From the NCBI GenBank assembly GCA_046542305.1, contig JBKHBQ010000003.1, positions 1 through 39,214 of the forward strand: a DNA stretch of 39,214 nucleotides, written 5' to 3'. Numbering within the stretch: position 1 is the first letter of the stretch; each line of letters begins with the position of its first letter. The notes below the pieces were generated by a model. The model had not been told where the DNA came from. It saw nothing but the letters and a program-made list of their open reading frames with translations, and did not search any database. Shown piece after piece: positions 17,701-25,125 of the stretch. The DNA comes from Bacteroidales bacterium (GTDB lineage: Bacteria > Bacteroidota > Bacteroidia > Bacteroidales > 4484-276). The position numbers and the translations under genes were made by a program.

Positions 17701-18412
17701 AATCGTCCACGACAAAGGTACCATCTGTCGGAGGAATGATGTCGGGGTTGTCGAGGGCAAGGATCAGGTATGCGTCGGGTAACTGCGCACCTGTGGCATC
17801 TATCCAGCTCAGGTCGATGTTCAGGTTGTTGGCACTGGCTGCAAAGGCCGTGGGGTAACTGGTAGGTTCCGGGCTGGTTCCGGGCCAGGTTTCGAATCCG
17901 CCATTGGCTACCGGCAGGGGATTGCCCACAGGACTTTCAAAGGTTACCGCATCGATATATTGGGTTTCCGGGGCTGCAAATCCACTCACGTCGTAAGCAC
18001 GGATGCGCAGGTAAACGCCGGTGACACCTTCCGGTACCTCGCTTTCAAAAACAAACTCTTCCCAGTCGCCGGTGGTGGTGGGGCCGGCATAGTTTGGCGA
18101 GTAAGTGGCACCGGAGCCTACCCAGTCGAAAGCTGCGCGCATCCGCACATGCTCGCTGGTGAAATACCAGAATGACACCTTAAAGGTTTCGCCGGCGGTA
18201 ACGGGGATTTCAACCAGGTTCGAAAGGTCGCAATCGGCCTGGATGCCCGTAGTTACCTCGATGCCGCAACTGTAGGCACCTTCGTAAATCATCGTACTTT
18301 CCTGGAAGGTGTTGATGTCGGTATCGTCCTGCCAGTCGGTGGGAACCTGGGCTGCAAGGGTACCAAAGCAAAACAGGAACATAATCATTCCCGAACGTAA
18401 AAAAGCATTCAT
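14786..18412 (-). CDS. N-terminal part of protein A: signal peptide, CBM4/9-like, Fn3-like, choice-of-anchor-J-like, 2x [Kre9-type Ig + LTD], PKD repeats
   Basis: PEPTSYPT; NEDWLISP; INEIMYNPP and ITEIMYNPP; FTDxS..PT.W.WTFxGGTPS three times. Confidence 0.85.
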   Translation of the reverse strand: MNAFLRSGMIMFLFCFGTLAAQVPTDWQDDTDINTFQESTMIYEGAYSCGIEVTTGIQADCDLSNLVEIPVTAGETFKVSFWYFTSEHVRMRAAFDWVGSGATYSPNYAGPTTTGDWEEFVFESEVPEGVTGVYLRIRAYDVSGFAAPETQYIDAVTFESPVGNPLPVANGGFETWPGTSPEPTSYPTAFAASANNLNIDLSWIDATGAQLPDAYLILALDNPDIIPPTDGTFVVDDLDLNDGEGAANVAFGQENFSFANLPANTTYYFKIFPYTNSGPNVDYKTDGTPPSAQATTSNVITIHFEGFDESWGGYETVSVIGDQVWDRDNSFGIGGTPCAKMSGFLGGAQENEDWLISPSFDFTQYDNEILSFYTAVGYPTTEQQLSVLVSTDYDGGGDPNAATWTELNPVLASGDPFWEWTFSEYLDVSGFESDNVHIAFKYVSDNLEAATWEVDEIQITAGGSATPIISVITPAAGAAWIQGNSYNITWNALNTLDNVTIEVTDNASAGTPTWTTLGTAVANAGSWAWDIPAGQEPGNDYQIRITDVAADVTGYSGIFSVIEPPTIYDIVINEIMYNPPPELGNDDYWEYLEIYNNENETVDLSNWYFSNGIEFTFEPGTVIGAGEYLVIARVPDSIASFYGITNLVGPFAGGALNNGGETVELADAAGNQIDIVIYSDNAPWPTEPDGNGPSLSLLDPELDNNVAENWAASFQNFGTPGELNFPAEPVLTVVYPNGGEYFQQGETYDITWSYLNFDGDIKIELINGGSTVLADAVDVSLGEWTWLVPAGQPTGDQYKIKISDAEDGDPMDESDDVFSIIEPVEVPFLVITEIMYNPPEAGNDSLEFLEIYNNDINAVDLTDYYFSEGIEFTFPAATINPGEYLLVSVNAQAMYNTFGVTAYQWTNGALNNGGEDVQLMDKFGNLVDMVDYSPELPWDTLADGYGPSLTFCNPDLDNNIAENWTISTEFAAVNTANDTIWATPGTGCAILPFAEFTADNTSIQEGQSVNFTDLSTGNPTNWEWTFQGGTPSTFNGQIPPAVVYNTAGTYDVSLTVTNAYGQSTETKEDFIEVFELPPPPAANFAANLTTIYVGESIDFTDLSTNVPTSWQWTFEGGTPSSSTVQNPTGITYNTAGSFDVTLTATNAYGSDTEVKADYITVQVIPPPQAAFTASETTIFVGESITFTDQSAGNPTSWDWTFEGGTPSG

Positions 18413-18562
18413 AAAAATCGATTTTTTAATGTGTTGACAAAGATGTCAATAATTGTCGGATGAGTAGAAATAATGTATTTAAATTTTTGTTAAGAAAAAA
18501 CAAATAAAGGTAGGAAAAAAAGTCTTGCCGCCCGGCAGTATATTTACAAAAAAAATGAAGAG

Positions 18563-18596
18563 AAAAAAAATCCCGGTGAAAATTCACCGGGATTTT
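18563..18596 (-). terminator. dnaK intrinsic terminator
   Basis: AAAATCCCGGTGAA/TTCACCGGGATTTT inverted repeat, with an A8 run giving a U-tract on the minus strand. Confidence 0.85.
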
Positions 18597-18617
18597 AATT
18601 AAGTATCCAACTAACAA

Positions 18618-20540
18618 TTATTTATCGTCTTTAACTTCTTCGAAATCTACATCTGTCACGTCGTCGTCGTTGCCGCCTTTCTGCTGTTGCTGCTGCTCGC
18701 CGCCGGGCTGTCCGCCCTGCTGCTGTTCACCCTGCTGCTGACCGGCGCTGTACATTTCCTGGCTGGCAGCCTGAAACACGTCGTTGAGCTTTTTGGTAGC
18801 TGCATCAATGGCAGCGATATCTTCATTTTTATGCGCTTGTTTCAGCTCGGCGAGGGCGTCCTCGATCGGCTTTTTCTTGTCGGCCGGAATTTTATCACCG
18901 AATTCCTTAAGTTGTTTTTCGGTCTGGAAAATCAGGCTGTCGGCCTGGTTCATTTTGTCGATCTTTTCCTTTGCTTTTTTATCCTCTTCGGCATTGGCTT
19001 CGGCTTCGGCTTTCATCTTTCGAATTTCTTCATCCGACAATCCGGAGGAAGCTTCAATACGGATGCTTTGCGATTTACCGGTACCTTTATCCTTTGCCGA
19101 TACATTAAGGATTCCGTTGGCATCGATGTCGAAAGTTACTTCTATTTGCGGTATGCCACGCGGTGCCGGCGGAATTCCGTCGAGGTGGAATCGTCCGATG
19201 GTTTTGTTGTCCTTTGCCATGGGACGTTCGCCCTGAAGCACATGAATCTCAACCGATGGCTGGTTGTCGGCAGCCGTGGAGAACACTTCCGACTTTTTGG
19301 TCGGGATGGTGGTGTTTGACGGGATCAGCTTGGTCATTACGCCGCCCAGGGTTTCAATACCCAATGAAAGCGGAGTAACATCAAGCAGCAGTACGTCCTT
19401 TACGTCTCCGCTCAATACGCCTCCCTGAATGGCAGCGCCAACAGCCACCACCTCATCCGGGTTTACGCCTTTGGAGGGTTCTTTTCCGAAGAAATCCTTC
19501 ACAACATTCTGGATGGCAGGAATACGCGTTGAACCACCCACCAGAATCACCTCATCAATATCCGATGCGCTGAGGCCGGCATCTTTCAGTGCTTTTTTAC
19601 ATGGCTCGATGGTAGCTTTGATAAGCTGGTCGGCCAGTTGTTCGAATTTCGAACGGGTAAGTTTTCTTACGAGGTGCTGCGGAATGCCGTCGATCGGCAT
19701 GATGTAGGGCAGGTTGATTTCGGTTTCGCTCGAGCTCGAGAGTTCGATCTTGGCTTTCTCGGCAGCTTCTTTCAAACGCTGCAGGGCCATCGGATCCCTC
19801 TTCAGGTCCACATTATGATCTTTCTTGAACTCCTCTGCAAGCCACTCGATAATCACCTGGTCGAAATCGTCACCACCAAGGTGGGTGTCTCCGTTGGTGG
19901 ATTTTACTTCGAATACGCCGTCACCAAGCTCGAGGATCGAAATATCAAAAGTACCTCCACCAAGGTCGAAAACGGCCACCTTTGCATCTTCCCTTTTCTT
20001 GTCGAGACCATAAGCCAGTGATGCGGCAGTAGGCTCGTTGATGATCCTGCGTACATTCAAGCCTGCAATTTCACCGGCTTCTTTAGTAGCCTGGCGCTGC
20101 GAATCGCTAAAGTAAGCAGGCACCGTAATTACGGCATCTGTTACGGTGGAACCCAGATAGTCTTCGGCAGTTTTCTTCATTTTTTGAAGAACCATGGCCG
20201 AAATTTCCTGGGGAGTATATTGACGGTCCTTAATTTTTACGCGCGTGGTTTCGTTTTCACCTTTTACCACCTGATAAGAAACGCGGTTAATTTCTTTCTG
20301 TACCCTGTCGTAGGGTTCTCCCATGAAACGTTTTATCGAATAAACCGTTTGTGTAGGATTGGTAATCGCTTGCCTTTTTGCGGGGTCACCTACCTTGCGT
20401 TCGCCGCTCTCGGTAAAGGCAACGATAGAAGGAGTGGTTCTGCGTCCCTCCGAATTGGGGATGACAACAGGTTCGTTTCCTTCCATTACTGCAACGCATG
20501 AGTTGGTGGTTCCCAGGTCAATTCCAATTATTTTTCCCAT
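18618..20540 (-). CDS. dnaK: Chaperone DnaK (Hsp70)
   Basis: [37 protein letters not shown], acidic DVDFEEV tail. Confidence 0.99.
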   Translation of the reverse strand: MGKIIGIDLGTTNSCVAVMEGNEPVVIPNSEGRRTTPSIVAFTESGERKVGDPAKRQAITNPTQTVYSIKRFMGEPYDRVQKEINRVSYQVVKGENETTRVKIKDRQYTPQEISAMVLQKMKKTAEDYLGSTVTDAVITVPAYFSDSQRQATKEAGEIAGLNVRRIINEPTAASLAYGLDKKREDAKVAVFDLGGGTFDISILELGDGVFEVKSTNGDTHLGGDDFDQVIIEWLAEEFKKDHNVDLKRDPMALQRLKEAAEKAKIELSSSSETEINLPYIMPIDGIPQHLVRKLTRSKFEQLADQLIKATIEPCKKALKDAGLSASDIDEVILVGGSTRIPAIQNVVKDFFGKEPSKGVNPDEVVAVGAAIQGGVLSGDVKDVLLLDVTPLSLGIETLGGVMTKLIPSNTTIPTKKSEVFSTAADNQPSVEIHVLQGERPMAKDNKTIGRFHLDGIPPAPRGIPQIEVTFDIDANGILNVSAKDKGTGKSQSIRIEASSGLSDEEIRKMKAEAEANAEEDKKAKEKIDKMNQADSLIFQTEKQLKEFGDKIPADKKKPIEDALAELKQAHKNEDIAAIDAATKKLNDVFQAASQEMYSAGQQQGEQQQGGQPGGEQQQQQKGGNDDDVTDVDFEEVKDDK

Positions 20541-20600
20541 GTTTTGATGCTCCTTTTTTATGAATAATTTTTAGATTTTCTTTGTTTGGTGGCAGCTTGG

Positions 20601-20615
20601 TCAATCATTGTGCCA
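20601..20615 (-). promoter_or_regulatory. Putative sigma54 (-24/-12) promoter of dnaK
   Basis: Minus strand TGGCAC-AATGA-TTGA versus the consensus TGGCAC-N5-TTGC, 60 nt upstream of the ATG. Confidence 0.55.
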
Positions 20616-20936
20616 TTTGCATTATTTAGCGGAAAATGATGTCAATATCTAAGATGCCGGTGAAGCACCAACATCCGGTAATCCTGCGTTATTCGCTGAT
20701 TTTTAAACAGAAACCCGGTTTCATCCTTCCGGATGAGCATCCAAAAATTGTACTGACAAATTTTCTGTCAAAAAGGCAGCAGGGATGCACACGGGTGCAT
20801 TTCTATGCAGCATCGTGCATCCTGCTATTCTTTTTAAAATATTTGCGGATGAAGCTGTTAGATTTTGTTAAAATTCTGTGTTAACTATTTAACAAATACT
20901 GCCGCTTCCGGGCGTATCGAAGTGCAATATTTGTTT

Positions 20937-20944
20937 TAATTTTG
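20937..20944 (+). promoter_or_regulatory. Bacteroidota primary-sigma -7 box for mutAB
   Basis: TAATTTTG fits TAnnTTTG, about 85 nt before the ATG. Confidence 0.55.
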
Positions 20945-21028
20945 CCCACCCAATAAGAAACATGTTGTTTTTGAGGAAATAAAGTTATACGAATAAAATT
21001 TTCAACCAAAACATAAATCCGGCTGATT

Positions 21029-22924
21029 ATGGATGATTTATCATTAAATAACAAGCAAGTGGAGCTGTTTGGAGAATTCCGCCCGGTTACGACGGAGGAA
21101 TGGGAAAACCAGATCCTGAAAGATTTGAAAGGAGCCGATTATCAGCGAAAGCTGGTATGGAAAACCCGCGAAGGCTTCGATGTACAACCGTATTACCGGC
21201 AGGAACATCTCGAAGGACTGGAATACCTCGATGTTTATCCCGGCGATTTTCCGTTTGTCCGCAGTGGCAGAAAAAACCAGAACAACTGGTTTATCCGTCA
21301 GGATATTCGTGTGGAAAGCATCGAAGCGGCGAATAAAAAAGCGCTCGACATTCTGATGAAGGGAATCGATTCGCTGGGATGGGTGCTCGACAGTTCGCGC
21401 AGATACAGCATCGATGAAATCGAAAAGCTGATGGAAAACATCTACGCACAAATCGTGGAAGTGAATTTCGTATGCGGAAAACAGGCCCCGGAAATTTTCG
21501 ATATTTATTTCGAACTGGTAAAAAAATACAACCGCGACTTGCAAAAGATCCACGGATCGGTAAACTATGATCCGCTTGGCCAACTGATGTCTACCGGAAA
21601 TTTTTACAGTTCTGAAGCTGAGGATTTCGAAACATGCCACCAACTAATCGAGGCATCGAAACATGCGCCGCATTTCAGGACACTGGCTGTAAGCGCTTAT
21701 CATTTCAAAAATGCAGGAGCCAACAATGTTGAGGAACTGGCATTTGCGCTTGCCTGCGGAAATGAATATCTGAGCCGGTTAACCGAAAAAGGGTTGTCCG
21801 TCGACAGCATTGCCCCAAATATCAAATTCCATTTTGGTGTAGGGTCGGATTACTTTCTGGAGATTGCCAAGATCAGGGCAGCACGGCTGCTGTGGGCCAG
21901 GATCGTGAATGCTTACGGGCCTTCGGATGCATGGATTACAAGAACGCATATCCACGCGGTGACGGCCGACTGGAACAAGAGCTTGTATGATCCTTACGTG
22001 AACATGCTCAGAACAACCACCGAAGCCATGTCGGCCATCATTGGCGGCGCCAATTCGCTAACCGTAAGGCCGTTCAACGCCAGCTTCGAAACACCGTCGG
22101 AATTTTCGGAACGGATTGCACGCAATCAGCAGTTGTTGCTTAAGGAAGAATCGCATTTTGATAAGATCGTCGATCCGGCGGCAGGCTCATATTATATCGA
22201 AAACCTTACCAACGCCATCGTGGAGGAAGCCTGGAAGCTTTTCCTGGAAACTGATGAAATAGGAGGTTTTACAGAGGCCTTCAAACAGGGTTTCGTGCAG
22301 GGGCGCATCGGAGCTACCGCGAAAAAACGCGATATAGACATTGCCACCCGCAAAGAGGTGCTGGTAGGGACCAATCAATATCCCAATTTCGGTGAAAAAC
22401 TTGACGAAAGCATCAACCCTGACGTGATGAAACCATCAAATTCATCGGTCACCGGTGCCATTGCCGAACCACTGAAAATTTACCGGGGTGCACAGGCATT
22501 CGAACAGTTGAGAGCTGCTACCGATATTTATGCCCGGGATCATAAACGCCCGGCTGCTTTCATGTTTACTTACGGAAACCTCGCCATGCGCCGCGCCCGT
22601 TCGCAATTCTCGAGCAACTTTTTCGCCTGTGCCGGCTATGAAGCCATCGACAACAACGGATTTACACACATCGATCAGGGTGTAAAAGCTGCCCTCGACA
22701 GCAAGGCCGAAATCGTGGTAATCTGTGCTTCCGATGAGGATTACCCTGCCATCGCACCGGACATCAACGAAAAAATCGGCGATAAAGCCATCGTAGTAAT
22801 AGCCGGTTATCCCAAAGATACGGTTGAGGAGCTGAAATCAAAAGGCATCAGGCATTTCATCCACATGAAATCCAATGTGCTCGAAACCCTGAAGGAATTT
22901 CAGAAGCAACTGGGCATCAACTAA
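21029..22924 (+). CDS. mutA: Methylmalonyl-CoA mutase small (beta) subunit
   Basis: DPYVNMLRTTTEAMSAIIGG, RIARNQQLLLKEES, DPAAGSYYIE; lacks the DxHxxG B12 motif; lies upstream of the large subunit. Confidence 0.93.
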   Translation: MDDLSLNNKQVELFGEFRPVTTEEWENQILKDLKGADYQRKLVWKTREGFDVQPYYRQEHLEGLEYLDVYPGDFPFVRSGRKNQNNWFIRQDIRVESIEAANKKALDILMKGIDSLGWVLDSSRRYSIDEIEKLMENIYAQIVEVNFVCGKQAPEIFDIYFELVKKYNRDLQKIHGSVNYDPLGQLMSTGNFYSSEAEDFETCHQLIEASKHAPHFRTLAVSAYHFKNAGANNVEELAFALACGNEYLSRLTEKGLSVDSIAPNIKFHFGVGSDYFLEIAKIRAARLLWARIVNAYGPSDAWITRTHIHAVTADWNKSLYDPYVNMLRTTTEAMSAIIGGANSLTVRPFNASFETPSEFSERIARNQQLLLKEESHFDKIVDPAAGSYYIENLTNAIVEEAWKLFLETDEIGGFTEAFKQGFVQGRIGATAKKRDIDIATRKEVLVGTNQYPNFGEKLDESINPDVMKPSNSSVTGAIAEPLKIYRGAQAFEQLRAATDIYARDHKRPAAFMFTYGNLAMRRARSQFSSNFFACAGYEAIDNNGFTHIDQGVKAALDSKAEIVVICASDEDYPAIAPDINEKIGDKAIVVIAGYPKDTVEELKSKGIRHFIHMKSNVLETLKEFQKQLGIN

Positions 22925-22959
22925 CCGAATGAGTGGTAAACATTAAAAACATTCAGACA

Positions 22960-25119
22960 ATGAAACCGAATTTCAAGAATATCAATATAAAGTCTTCACC
23001 TGTTTCGGGCCTTAATGCCAGGGAATGGGAAAAAGAAAACAAGATAGAAAACCACTGGACCACGCCTGAGCAAATTCCCGTGAAGCCGGTTTATACCGCC
23101 GCCGACCTGGAAAAAATGGAACATCTGAATTACGCAGCAGGCATTCCGCCGTTTTTGCGCGGACCGTATTCGACGATGTACGTGATGCGTCCGTGGACCA
23201 TCAGGCAGTATGCAGGCTTTTCAACGGCAGAAGAGTCCAATGCGTTTTATCGCCGCAATTTGGCTGCCGGACAAAAAGGACTTTCCATCGCTTTCGACCT
23301 GGCCACGCACCGCGGCTACGACTCCGATCACGAGCGTGTAACCGGCGATGTGGGAAAGGCCGGTGTTGCCGTGGATTCAATCCTCGATATGCAGATTTTG
23401 TTCGACCAGATCCCGCTTGACAAAATGTCGGTATCGATGACCATGAACGGCGCGGTATTGCCCGTTTTGGCATTTTACATTGTAGCCGGATTGGAACAGG
23501 GCGTGAAACTTGAAGAACTAACGGGTACCATTCAGAACGATATCCTGAAGGAATTCATGGTGCGCAATACCTATATTTATCCGCCATTGCCTTCAATGCG
23601 GATCATTGCGGATATCTTCCAATACACTTCCCAAAACATGCCGCGGTTCAATTCCATCAGCATCAGCGGCTATCACATGCAGGAAGCCGGCGCCACCGCC
23701 GACATCGAATTGGCTTATACCCTTGCCGACGGTCTTGAATACCTGCGCACGGGCGTGAACGCCGGAATGGACATCGATTCCTTCGCGCCGCGTCTTTCAT
23801 TTTTCTGGGGCATTGGCATGAATCATTTTATGGAAATTGCCAAAATGCGTGCAGCACGTATGCTGTGGGCTAAACTGGTGAAACGTTTCAACCCGAAAAA
23901 TCCAAAGTCGATGGCGCTGCGCACGCACTGCCAGACTTCCGGGTGGAGCCTCACCGAGCAGGATCCCTTCAACAACGTGGCACGTACCTGTATCGAAGCC
24001 ATGGGCGCCACCCTCGGCCACACACAATCGCTGCATACCAATGCGCTGGATGAAGCCATCGCATTGCCCACTGATTTTTCAGCAAGGATTGCACGAAATA
24101 CGCAGATTTATATCGCCGAAGAAACCAACATCACCAAAGCCGTGGATCCATGGGCAGGATCGTATTACGTGGAAACCCTTACCCACGAAATTGCTCAGCG
24201 TGCCTGGAAACTGATCGAGGAGGTGGAAGAGCTTGGCGGGATGGCCAAAGCCATCGAAACCGGATTGCCCAAAATGCGCATCGAGGAAGCCGCAGCACGC
24301 AAGCAGGCCCGCATCGATTCGCACAAGGATACCATCGTGGGCATCAACAAATACCGGCTCGAAAAAGAAGATCCCATCGAAATTCTCGAGGTGGATAATA
24401 CCGCCGTGCGCAGCGCCCAGATCAGGCGTCTGGAAAAACTCCGCGCCGAGCGCGACGAAGCCGCCGTGCAGGAATCGCTCGAGGCCATTACCAAAGCCTG
24501 CGAAACCGGCGAGGGCAACCTGCTGGAACTTTCGGTTGAAGCAGCAAAGCGCAGGGCTTCGCTCGGCGAAATTTCGCTGGCTTGCGAAAAAGTTTTCGGA
24601 AGATATAAAGCAGTCATCAGATCTATTTCAGGCGTGTATTCATCAGAATCAAAAGGAAACGAAAAATTCAGCAAGGCCTGTGCGCTGGCCGATAATTTTG
24701 CTGAAATGGACGGCCGCCGTCCGCGGATTATGATCGCAAAAATGGGCCAGGACGGCCACGACCGCGGCGCCAAAGTGGTAGCCACCGGCTATGCCGACAT
24801 TGGCTTCGACGTAGACATCGGACCACTCTTCCAGACTCCTGCCGAGGCAGCACGCCAGGCCGTGGAAAACGATGTACACGTGCTTGGAGTTTCCAGCCTT
24901 GCCGCCGGACACAAGACCCTGGTTCCGCAGGTGATCGAAGAATTGAAAAAACTCGGACGTGAAGATATTATGGTGATCGTGGGTGGTGTAATCCCGCACC
25001 AGGATTATCAATTTCTTTATGATGCCGGCGTTGTAGCTATCTTCGGACCGGGAACGGTTATTTCGGAAGCAGGCATCCGGATTCTTGAAATTCTGATCGA
25101 GTCGAGGAAAGAAGATTAA
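22960..25119 (+). CDS. mutB: Methylmalonyl-CoA mutase large (alpha) subunit, B12-binding
   Basis: [40 protein letters not shown]. The ATG start at 22960 (MKPNF) is preferred over GTG 22933. Confidence 0.97.
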   Translation: MKPNFKNINIKSSPVSGLNAREWEKENKIENHWTTPEQIPVKPVYTAADLEKMEHLNYAAGIPPFLRGPYSTMYVMRPWTIRQYAGFSTAEESNAFYRRNLAAGQKGLSIAFDLATHRGYDSDHERVTGDVGKAGVAVDSILDMQILFDQIPLDKMSVSMTMNGAVLPVLAFYIVAGLEQGVKLEELTGTIQNDILKEFMVRNTYIYPPLPSMRIIADIFQYTSQNMPRFNSISISGYHMQEAGATADIELAYTLADGLEYLRTGVNAGMDIDSFAPRLSFFWGIGMNHFMEIAKMRAARMLWAKLVKRFNPKNPKSMALRTHCQTSGWSLTEQDPFNNVARTCIEAMGATLGHTQSLHTNALDEAIALPTDFSARIARNTQIYIAEETNITKAVDPWAGSYYVETLTHEIAQRAWKLIEEVEELGGMAKAIETGLPKMRIEEAAARKQARIDSHKDTIVGINKYRLEKEDPIEILEVDNTAVRSAQIRRLEKLRAERDEAAVQESLEAITKACETGEGNLLELSVEAAKRRASLGEISLACEKVFGRYKAVIRSISGVYSSESKGNEKFSKACALADNFAEMDGRRPRIMIAKMGQDGHDRGAKVVATGYADIGFDVDIGPLFQTPAEAARQAVENDVHVLGVSSLAAGHKTLVPQVIEELKKLGREDIMVIVGGVIPHQDYQFLYDAGVVAIFGPGTVISEAGIRILEILIESRKED

Positions 25120-25125
25120 GCAGAA

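Larger units (their letters stand above)
13904..18412 (-). pseudogene. T9SS protein A as a single 1502-codon frame interrupted by one in-frame TAG at 14786-14788
   Basis: The frame continues after TAG (NQQNPGQITYNSAGLFDVSLTVSNQNGSTTETKTDYISVLEV, 42 codons) into the 13904..14659 ORF and completes the third PKD repeat. Confidence 0.85.

Noticed and set aside
594-18412. Diversity-generating retroelement or invertase-driven shufflon behind the module mosaicism
   Set aside because: No reverse transcriptase or recombinase, no near-identical TR/VR pair and no inverted crossover sites are seen; the repeats are diverged throughout.
18680-18740. CAG-rich tract in the dnaK 3' end as a contingency repeat
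   Set aside because: In-frame, imperfect, and encodes the ordinary disordered Q/G-rich DnaK tail.
18687-20501. Antisense ORFs on dnaK
   Set aside because: Long antisense frames on Hsp70 genes are a known codon-bias artefact, and here they are fragmented.
20626-20652. Degenerate CIRCE (TTAGCGGAA-N9-AATATCTAA) upstream of dnaK
   Set aside because: Only 10 of 18 consensus positions match and the inner arms are not complementary.
20830-21028. Cobalamin riboswitch upstream of methylmalonyl-CoA mutase
   Set aside because: The leader is short and AT-rich, with no B12-box or GGGAA core visible.
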